Below are positions 20,601 to 27,528 of a stretch of 64,000 bases of DNA, piece after piece; position 1 is the stretch's first letter; every line of letters starts with the position of its first letter. The stretch comes from Candidatus Multivoradales bacterium (GTDB lineage: Bacteria; Acidobacteriota; Thermoanaerobaculia; Multivoradales; Multivoraceae). Below the pieces are notes generated by a model. The model saw nothing but the letters and a program-made list of their open reading frames with translations. It was not told the origin of the DNA and made no database searches. The position numbers and the translations under genes were made by a program. The DNA lies in the NCBI GenBank assembly GCA_965223325.1, contig CBDCWI010000002.1, positions 1,888,001 through 1,952,000 on the forward strand, read 5' to 3'.

Positions 20601-22257
20601 CCGGGCTGGCCGGTTCGAAATGCGCCTCCAGGCGCCGGTCGTTCCCGTCGAGCCCCACCGAGGTCAACCCGTCGGCCGAGCTCACGAAAACGCGCTCGGA
20701 ACCGCAGAAGTGTGGGTTGCGCAGGCCTGGTTCTCTCAACAGGGAGCGCTCTTGGCCACCGCCCACGAGAACGAGTTCGGTGTTTCGTGGCAGGTCGCCG
20801 CCCGGGTTACCGGTTGCAGTCGGATCAGAAAGCGCCGCAAGCTGTGCTTTCACAGCGACCAGCTCTTCACCCTCGGGTGAGAAAACCGGGTCAACATAAC
20901 GCGCCGGCTCGAGAGTGACCGGCTTCGGCTTTCCTTTGCGATCCCGCTGCACGATGAAGACATGGCTGCCCGAAGGGCCCCACGACACATAGGCTAGGGA
21001 GCGGCCATCTGGGGAGAACGCAGGCATGCGTTCACGCGCCTCCGCACCCTTCGAGAGAGCCGCCCAGGGCGAATCTTCGTCCTCCTGCACGAAGATCCGG
21101 CCGAGGGCCGATACTGCGAGCGCACCGTCTCGACCGGCGGCCAGGTGGCGAAAGCGCCGCGCCTTGACGGGACCGTCCGTGATCCGTCGCGGAAACTCGA
21201 GTCGCTCACCGACGTCTATCGAAACCGAGGCACGCCAGGGAATGACCTTCTCGGTTCCTCCGCGTACCCCGAGCCGCCTGATCTTGCCGCCATATGCGCC
21301 GTAGAGCGACGAACCGTCGGCACCGAAGGCGAAGTTCGGGAGCACATCGCGCGTGGCGCGACCTTCGAGTTGATGACGATCGAGAGTCGCGTCGAGCCAG
21401 CGTTCGTGCCCGCTGGCAAGATCGCGGACCTTGAGACCCGGCATGCCGTTCACCGAAGCGCTGTAGGCGAGGAGCGTCCCGTCTGGACTGAACGCCGGTT
21501 TCATCGCCAGCGTGCCGCCAACCGCCACGGTCTCGATCGGCCCGGCGCCGAGACCGGTGCCCGAGAGAGCGACCCGCCGGATCTCGCTCGTCGGCCCGTT
21601 GCGACTGCCGTAGGCCCGCGGCGTGACCGACGTCCAGTACAACCATTGGCCGTCGGGCGAAACGGCCGGCGAGTACGCCCCCGGGGCAGGCGAAGACACT
21701 AGCGGCGCCGGTCGCCCGTTGTGGTTCTCGACCACCCGCACGCCTTCTCCGCTCGCGATGTCAAAGCGCCAGATCTCAGCTTGACGCGGCCCGGCATCTG
21801 AAACGACGCTTGCGAAGACGGCGTTTCCGTCAGCAGAAAACTCCGGCGAAGACATCAACGCGCGCTCGACGTTGCTGAGCGCTCGTTGGTTCGCGCCATC
21901 GGCATCCGCCAGCCAGACGTTGTCCGATCCAGAGGCATCACTGATGTAGACCAGGGTCGTGCCATCAGGCGAGAAGCGCGGCTGCGATTGGAACGCCCGA
22001 CCGAAAATCAGCGGTGTTGCCTCACCCCCGGCCGTCGGCGTGAGCGCCAGGGAGTAGACGTCGCCCAGGAGCTCGAACACCAGCGACTCCCCATCGGGTG
22101 CGGTATCGAGGGAAACCCAGGTCCCTTCACTGGTTGTGAACTCGAGGGTCCTCGTGGTCGGTTCCTCGGCCACCGCGGGCTGGGTTTCGGCAGCAGTGAC
22201 AAGAAGAAGGGCAAACATCGGCAGCACGAAAGCCGACCGTTGGCGCAGCGCAACCAT
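17644..22257 (-). CDS. Fusion: TolB-like PD40 propellers + amidohydrolase + beta-lactamase-like serine hydrolase
   Basis: EGTWVSLD/PRFSPDG repeats; PGFIDVHAH and GSVEAGKLADLVVL; GSIGKQF (SxxK), FNYSNTGY (YxN), HSGSWQGF. GGAG RBS before ATG 22257. Confidence 0.9.
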   Translation of the reverse strand: MVALRQRSAFVLPMFALLLVTAAETQPAVAEEPTTRTLEFTTSEGTWVSLDTAPDGESLVFELLGDVYSLALTPTAGGEATPLIFGRAFQSQPRFSPDGTTLVYISDASGSDNVWLADADGANQRALSNVERALMSSPEFSADGNAVFASVVSDAGPRQAEIWRFDIASGEGVRVVENHNGRPAPLVSSPAPGAYSPAVSPDGQWLYWTSVTPRAYGSRNGPTSEIRRVALSGTGLGAGPIETVAVGGTLAMKPAFSPDGTLLAYSASVNGMPGLKVRDLASGHERWLDATLDRHQLEGRATRDVLPNFAFGADGSSLYGAYGGKIRRLGVRGGTEKVIPWRASVSIDVGERLEFPRRITDGPVKARRFRHLAAGRDGALAVSALGRIFVQEDEDSPWAALSKGAEARERMPAFSPDGRSLAYVSWGPSGSHVFIVQRDRKGKPKPVTLEPARYVDPVFSPEGEELVAVKAQLAALSDPTATGNPGGDLPRNTELVLVGGGQERSLLREPGLRNPHFCGSERVFVSSADGLTSVGLDGNDRRLEAHFEPASPVTALARWRCAPDGKGLLVALPDSPSPFSSRGRLVFLPFELADGEPRTIDPATLGEGAAGDMVLARSLPTTFTWSADGETALFVTGRDVERWSRDSKTEKAALDLDITAPRVRPPGTVVLRGARVVTMKDDEVIDNALVVVTGNRIVSVTATAPGAAPELPEGARIIDVAGKVIVPGFIDVHAHFQTSDDILQLETSWALANLSYGVTSLRNPQSVPDIFTLADMANTSSAPVPRLFSTGPAFAMGRFGGHYTTQPFGSYDAVKQALVPYRERFGTHLLKSYIAGSRRERAWIVEASRELGMMPTTEGAADSKANLTHAMDGYSGIEHALPTAPIYDDVVQLLARTGITYTPTLVVSFGGALPIYRLLAEKRPHEDPRLSRWFPPGVLFEKTSRRLLWFPPEDYNDREVADGARRVAAAGGNVAIGGHGEVQGLSTHWEMELLANGGMAELEVLRSATLRGAEAMGLGEDLGSVEAGKLADLVVLDFDPLDDIRNTTAVSLVMKNGVLYDAGTLDQVWPVEQAFERPWWLKTEEESLPLETRIDRLTRQRMREGRVPGLAMAVVQGGRVTHAKGYGTANLEHDAPVDVDTLFQAGSIGKQFTAAAVLALAEEGTVDLDQSIRTYLPEAPEPWQPITLRHLLSHSSGLPDWTSDGFDYTRDYSEEDLLRFASELELEFPAGTRFNYSNTGYVVLGITIGRLVGKPYWQFIDERIFAPAGMATAEVNNEPDALYGRARGYLPSPEGWRHAGWVAPGLNTTADGSMLVSLRDMIAWDRTVRERRVLAPLSWETMQSPMELPSGNTFPYGFGWFTDTVNGHPHLHHSGSWQGFVAQYSRFPGGDLPEDDLAVIVLTNARSLTAITLAAEVAAMVDPDLEPEPPATEVIADPDPRATALLGEMLEKAADGALTQSDFEFLRRTMFPRVKAGLESALAGLGRPDRLSLLRREPEGDDTALEYFAYYGTRRFRVTTSLGPGGGLTGLGAVEEP

Positions 22258-22360
22258 CGCAAGCTCCCCGAACGGATCGAAGGTGGAAAGGGAGGACCAG
22301 TATAGGGGTCGTTCTGGGACCGAACGGCTATCGTCACCGCCCATTCGGGGGCGGCGTCGA

Positions 22361-23827
22361 CTAGGGAGCCTGCTCCCGGCAAGCCGGTGACTCGATATAG
22401 ACAGCGAGTCGCGCAACGGGCGTGGTCACCGGACTGTGGGTGTTGTAGACCACGGTGTGGGAAGGCAGGTGCTCGGTGGCCCAGCGTGCAAACCAGCACT
22501 CGGTCAACGCGCGACCTTCGCGAGGGGCATCAGACTCATCGCGGGGTACGTGCACGTCCGAAACGAAGAACACGTTCTGTTGCGGTAGTAGAACGCCAAG
22601 AGCTGCGTCAGAATGAGGGTGCTCACCGAGCGATTTGAGATGGACGGGGCGTTCAGGGTCATCGAGGATGGTTGTTTCCTCAACGGGTAGGACCGTCACT
22701 CGCTGGCCTGCTCTCGAGAGGCGATCTGTGGGCATCGCTTCGGCATTGAGTGCCTGGTCGAGGAACCCTGCTACGAGCTGCGGGGCATAGACTTCGGCCC
22801 CGGCAGCGGCGAAGGCACGCGCCCCACCGGCATGGTCGTCGTGAGCGTGCGTGAGCGCCACAGCGCGGACGGGTTGATCGGCGAGCTCTTCGGCGAGGAA
22901 ATCAACCAATGCTTCTGAGAGTCCGCTCAGCCCGAGACCCGGGACCAGGTCGGTCGGTGGGAGTTGGTGCAACTCGACCCAGCCGGCCGGTGCGTCGGCA
23001 ACGACCAGACCCGCCTCGGTCTGTACGACCAGGTGCTGAAAGCCCGTGCGCACGCCGCGCACCAGAAAGACCCCCGGCGCGACATCGACTCGACGCATGG
23101 CAACCCGTGCCGGCCACTGCTCTCCTGGTGCCTGAATGGGTTCCTCCCCCGGTGTGACTTGAAAGAACACGTCGGCTTCTTGCGCGCTCAGGTCGCGCCA
23201 GCTCCCGGTTCCTCGAAAGAGCAACTCACCAGCGACGGTGAGCTCGACGCTTGGACTGTCGTGGTCCTCCCAACTCCAGCTCCACACCACCGGCACCCGC
23301 CCACGAAGAGGAACGTCGGCGCTTGCGACAACGGTCTGCACGAGTTCCCCAGAGGCCCGGTCCCCGGAGGCCCACCCCCCAGACGCCAGCTCGACCGAGA
23401 CGCCTTCGGGCGCCCCACTGGTTCTGACTTCGTCGGCGAGGCGCCGCGGATCGATACGACGGTGGCGCTCTGCATCGTCGGTACTCGAGGCGCCCTGGAA
23501 CTCGACATCTGGCGGAGACTCACGGTTGACGATCCGTACCAGATCCGGTGGCAGAAACGCCATGGCGTACGCACCGTCCATGTCGGGGTTCGACTTGCCC
23601 TGCCACCGAAAGAACACGCGCTCGCTATCGGGTTCGGTCACCACGCACCAGCTGGCCGGCGCGGTCTCCGATTGGGTCGGACGCAGCCCCTGGTGGCGAA
23701 CTCCCAGATCGTAAGAACCGCTAAGACAGAACTCTGTCGCAGACTCCGGTGCCGCAACACAACCGCCAATGAAGACGACCAGAGAGGAAAACAGGACCAG
23801 GACTCGCAGGGAACACTTTGCTCGCAC
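22361..23827 (-). CDS. MBL-fold metallo-hydrolase, probable lipoprotein
   Basis: LTHAHDDHAGG (HxHxDH), PHSD, FVSD, NTH motifs in the C-terminal half; IGGC lipobox-like N-terminus. Confidence 0.82.
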   Translation of the reverse strand: MRAKCSLRVLVLFSSLVVFIGGCVAAPESATEFCLSGSYDLGVRHQGLRPTQSETAPASWCVVTEPDSERVFFRWQGKSNPDMDGAYAMAFLPPDLVRIVNRESPPDVEFQGASSTDDAERHRRIDPRRLADEVRTSGAPEGVSVELASGGWASGDRASGELVQTVVASADVPLRGRVPVVWSWSWEDHDSPSVELTVAGELLFRGTGSWRDLSAQEADVFFQVTPGEEPIQAPGEQWPARVAMRRVDVAPGVFLVRGVRTGFQHLVVQTEAGLVVADAPAGWVELHQLPPTDLVPGLGLSGLSEALVDFLAEELADQPVRAVALTHAHDDHAGGARAFAAAGAEVYAPQLVAGFLDQALNAEAMPTDRLSRAGQRVTVLPVEETTILDDPERPVHLKSLGEHPHSDAALGVLLPQQNVFFVSDVHVPRDESDAPREGRALTECWFARWATEHLPSHTVVYNTHSPVTTPVARLAVYIESPACREQAP

Positions 23828-23925
23828 GGAATGACCCCCATCAACGACAATCGAACGACTCGTGCCTCATCGTCTGCCGTCAGGAACCCTACGTCAACTC
23901 ACCGGGGTCGGTCTGGGGCCGAATC

Positions 23926-24100
23926 TCACGGTAGAGCGCGCGTCCAGGCGCCCGCGGAACCCGTCTCGAAGTCGTCGCCGAAAAGCACCGCCCGCCCCAA
24001 CACCGATCCTGACGACGATGGGCGCCGAGACTCCATCATGGTCGTTGACCGCGACGGTAGAGCTGTCTTCTCCTTCGAACGTCTCAGGCTCCCAGAGGGG
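23926..24100 (-). pseudogene. Frameshifted 3' remnant of a secreted Ig-like (Big_9/tandem-95-like) protein with C-terminal FxDDFETG motif
   Basis: PETFEGEDSSTVAVNDHDGVSAPIVVRIGVGA in one frame continues as AVLFGDDFETGSAGAWTRALP* after a 1-nt shift at about 23990. Confidence 0.6.
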
Positions 24101-24296
24101 CGACAGCCGCGAACGCACGGCCGCCCTGCTTGAATCGGATCTCGATGAACAGAGAACAATAAATAGAAACGTTGCGATTTCGGCATTCTTTTCGAGTGCG
24201 ACCCCAAGGCCACTGCAGCCAAGGCCAGGTCCAGCTGGGGCGCTTCTCTGCCCCGCTTTCTCGCCGGGGACGGGTCAAACGAGAAGCACCGAGCGC

Positions 24297-24320
24297 TACG
24301 ATTTCGGTAATGAACCGGAA
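24297..24320 (+). promoter_or_regulatory. Putative -10 (TACGAT) and imperfect palindrome over the TIGR02147 start codon
   Basis: TACGAT-N7-ATG; TTTCGGT-aatga-ACCGGAA (6/7 inverted match). Confidence 0.4.
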
Positions 24321-25158
24321 CACCACCTGCGGTCCGAGACCCAAGCGGTTTCGCGAACTCCTGCGCTCAGAGCTCGGCGCACGCTGTGCTTCCAACCCAC
24401 AGTATTCGCTGCGCGCCTTCGGCCGGGCGCTCGACTTCGACCACTCGACGCTGTCGAAGATCCTGCGCGGCCAACGTCGGCTAACCGCCGCCACCATTCG
24501 TGAGCTCGGCGCTGGACTTGGCCTCGACCAGCAGGCGATCGAAGACCATGTGGTGCTCGAGCGATCCGCCCCGCGTGCCGGCGCCAAAGAGCGCCACGTT
24601 GAACAACTACGGGCCGACGCCGAGCAAGTGATCGCAGGCTGGCACCACTACGCAATCCTCGAGCTCACGCGCATCGAGTCTTTCCAGGCAGACAGCCAGT
24701 GGATCGCGCGCGTCCTGGACATCTCGGTCGACACAGTGAACATCGCGATCCAGCGTCTGCTTCATCTCAGGCTCTTACGCATGGTCGGTGAGAGCGACTG
24801 GAGGGTAGGACCCGATCTCGAAGCATCGCTCGATCGTTTGCCCAGTGCCGTCGTGCGCTCACTGCATGCCCAGCTCGCCGAGCGCAGTACCGCCTCCCTG
24901 GCGGGCGGCGATGACCGGCTGTTCTCGAGCACCACCTTCGCGGCCAGCAGGCGCGGCGCCCGTCTGGCCCTGGAGGTTCTGCGCCGGCTGAGCGACGAGA
25001 CCACTCCGATCGCCCAGCGAGACACACCCGACGAGGTCTACCAACTACAGATCTCGTTCTTTCCCCTGACACGGGCGGCGGACACGCTGGCGCCCAGGAA
25101 AGGAGACCCGAATGGGACATCCCGTAATGAGGTTCCAGATCGTCGCCAAAGATCCTGA
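24310..25158 (+). CDS. TIGR02147 / DUF4423 family HTH protein
   Basis: NPQYSLRAFGRAL...LSKILRGQRRL HTH; WHHYAILEL, WIARVLDIS, FSSTT and VYQLQISFFPLT, all typical of the family. Confidence 0.82.
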   Translation: MNRNTTCGPRPKRFRELLRSELGARCASNPQYSLRAFGRALDFDHSTLSKILRGQRRLTAATIRELGAGLGLDQQAIEDHVVLERSAPRAGAKERHVEQLRADAEQVIAGWHHYAILELTRIESFQADSQWIARVLDISVDTVNIAIQRLLHLRLLRMVGESDWRVGPDLEASLDRLPSAVVRSLHAQLAERSTASLAGGDDRLFSSTTFAASRRGARLALEVLRRLSDETTPIAQRDTPDEVYQLQISFFPLTRAADTLAPRKGDPNGTSRNEVPDRRQRS

Positions 25159-25474
25159 GGGAGCCTCTGTCTTCTACAGCCAGCTTTTCGACTGGTCCAT
25201 CAACCGTGACAACGCCCTCGGCTATCGAACCATCGACACCGGCTCCGAGGCCGGAATCCAAGGAGGCATCTGGCCGATTCCGCCGGAGGCACAGTCGCTC
25301 GTCCAGCTCTACATCGAGGTCACCGACGTGGCTGGGACCGTCGACGAGGCGCGGCAACTCGGCGCCCAGGTGCTCGTCGAGCCGCAGGCGCTGCCGGACG
25401 GCGACCAGATGGCGATCCTGATCGACCCCGAGGGGGTACCCTTCGGGGTATTCCGGCCCAAGGGGGAATCGTGA
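25112..25474 (+). CDS. VOC / glyoxalase family protein
   Basis: MGHPVMRFQI, FYSQLFDW, GIQGGI, LYIEVTDV, DPEGVPFG; AGGAG RBS. Confidence 0.9.
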   Translation: MGHPVMRFQIVAKDPEGASVFYSQLFDWSINRDNALGYRTIDTGSEAGIQGGIWPIPPEAQSLVQLYIEVTDVAGTVDEARQLGAQVLVEPQALPDGDQMAILIDPEGVPFGVFRPKGES

Positions 25475-26037
25475 GAAAGAAAGGCAGGCGAAGGATGAGT
25501 TTCCTGTTGCTTGGCGCCTTGGCGCTTGCGGCACTGGTTGCCGTAATCGTCGCGGTCGGTTTCCTGCTCCCTGAGCGCTACGAGGGAGCGGCGAGCTATA
25601 CCTACGACGCTCCGCCCGAAGATGTCTGGACGGCACTCATGGACTACGAGCGCCATCCCATGACCGGTCACATGGCACGTGGCTTCGAAGCATTACCAGA
25701 AGCCAATGGCCAACTGACCTGGATCGAAGAAATGCAGGGCGAACGCATCACCGTCACCACCATTGAAGCCCAGCCGCCGGAGCGGCTGGTGCGAGAGATG
25801 ACCTCGGCCGCGGTCCCAATGAGCAGCCGTTGGGACTACACCCTCGAGCCGGCTGGATCGGGCTCTTGTCTCACCATCGAAGGTGTCACGCACATCCGCC
25901 GTGGGACCTTCCACGTGCCGCTCTTCCGCGTCATGATGGTGATCGGCGGTGGCGTCAAGAAGGGCCTCGACACTCAGCTCGAAATGCTCGCTGAGACCCT
26001 CAAAGCCAGCCAACCCGGCTCCGAGGGCGCTTTCTAA
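25471..26037 (+). CDS. SRPBCC (START-like / polyketide cyclase) family protein with N-terminal TM
   Basis: GFLLP...APPEDVWTALMD...PPERLV...WDYTLEP; GTGA coupling to the VOC stop (alternative ATG 25495). Confidence 0.82.
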   Translation: MRKKGRRRMSFLLLGALALAALVAVIVAVGFLLPERYEGAASYTYDAPPEDVWTALMDYERHPMTGHMARGFEALPEANGQLTWIEEMQGERITVTTIEAQPPERLVREMTSAAVPMSSRWDYTLEPAGSGSCLTIEGVTHIRRGTFHVPLFRVMMVIGGGVKKGLDTQLEMLAETLKASQPGSEGAF

Positions 26038-26080
26038 CGAGGAGGCCGCGGCTGTCGTGGCCTGCCTGGTTCCAGTGTCC

Positions 26081-27385
26081 TCAACCGTTGGCAGCCGTCC
26101 AGTGGTCGGTGTTGCCGCTCTCGAAGTCGTCGAGAAACAACAGCGCGTAGCCGCCACCGCCGGCGGTCGTAGCGCAGGGCGTACCGGCCTCGACGGCACC
26201 GAGATCGGGGTTGCCATCAGAACGGGCCTGTCCGCAGAAATCGTCATCGACACCGAGGCCTGTTTCTCCCTGGTCAATCCAAGGCGCGCCATCCAGCCAA
26301 CTGAAATCACCCGACGCCGGGTTCACGAACCAGGCCTCCCACTCGCTTGTCTCCACGTCGGTGACGTTCGAACTGGCGGTGTGCGTTCCGCCGTCGCGAT
26401 TGCGGATCGTGCCCGACATGATGTTGTTACGCAGGTCCGCGGTCGACGCTTGGAAGCGCACATCGATTCCCGTGTCGAGGTAGAGCGTGTTGTGATGCAC
26501 CTGGGTATTCAACGCCTCGTTGAGATAGATCCCGACGTCGTCTGGGCAGTTGATGATCAGGTTGTTGCGCATCACGCCGTTTTGGTGTTCTGGAGTGCAG
26601 GTTCCGCCCTCGCATACCGAGTCGGGCGCAGTGCCACCGCCACCAAACGAAAGCCCCAGGCGAATCCCCTCGGTGTGCTGGTCTTCACAGATCACCAGGT
26701 TGCGCTCGAACAGGCCGTCGCGTGAGTTGCCCTTGAGGAAAGCCGCGTAACTGATGCCGTTGCCCTCGCCTTTGGCGAAGTCACGGAGCCGGTTCGCACG
26801 CACGATCCATCGCCGCCCACCCACCACGTCAACAAAAGTGACTGGGTTAGAAGTCGCTCGTACCGCGTCGTTCCAGAAGTCGTTGAACTCGACCACCACG
26901 TCGTCGGGAAACCGCCGCACATCATCCACCAGAAAGCCATTGCTTTTGATCATCGCGTTGTATTCGTGCAGTCGATTGTTGCGAATCAACGTGTTGTCGG
27001 CGTTTCCAAAGAGATGGAAGGCATGCTCACAGGCGGAGTCTGTTGCGCACACCCCTTCGATATCGAGGTTCTCAAACGTCCAATGAGGCTGGCTCACCTT
27101 GAAGCCCTCGGTCGCATCGAAGCGCAGGAAAACGCTCCCGAGGTGTCGGGCGCGAACCACGATCGGAGCGCTTTCGGTTCCGGCCGTATCGCACAGCAGG
27201 TTGGCGGTCAACGCATAGGTCCCCGGCGCCAGCTCGATCACATCGCCAGCCACCGCCAGATCGATGGCATCGCGAAGTTCAACCGCACTCGAGACCGTCA
27301 CGACGCGCTCGGCGAGCGCCGGAACCAAACTCGACAGGGCAAAAAGTGCTGCTGCGAGAACCGTTCTCGTGTTGCGGGAGAGCAT
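26081..27385 (-). CDS. Secreted right-handed parallel beta-helix protein (chondroitinase B / polysaccharide lyase-like)
   Basis: Signal peptide, AVAGDVIELAPGTY, Asn-ladder repeats, DFCGQAR...PDLGAVE, C-terminal LFLDDFESGNTDHW. Confidence 0.8.
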   Translation of the reverse strand: MLSRNTRTVLAAALFALSSLVPALAERVVTVSSAVELRDAIDLAVAGDVIELAPGTYALTANLLCDTAGTESAPIVVRARHLGSVFLRFDATEGFKVSQPHWTFENLDIEGVCATDSACEHAFHLFGNADNTLIRNNRLHEYNAMIKSNGFLVDDVRRFPDDVVVEFNDFWNDAVRATSNPVTFVDVVGGRRWIVRANRLRDFAKGEGNGISYAAFLKGNSRDGLFERNLVICEDQHTEGIRLGLSFGGGGTAPDSVCEGGTCTPEHQNGVMRNNLIINCPDDVGIYLNEALNTQVHHNTLYLDTGIDVRFQASTADLRNNIMSGTIRNRDGGTHTASSNVTDVETSEWEAWFVNPASGDFSWLDGAPWIDQGETGLGVDDDFCGQARSDGNPDLGAVEAGTPCATTAGGGGYALLFLDDFESGNTDHWTAANG

Positions 27386-27528
27386 CAGCCACTCTAGTCA
27401 GCCTGGCCTGGACGCGGATGCGCTGACCGACGTTCCCACCATCTGTTCGGTCTACAAGTGATTGGAGTTTCGAACGCCTATACTGAACCCTTGTCTTCGC
27501 CACGAGCTGATGCCATCAGGGACCTGAG

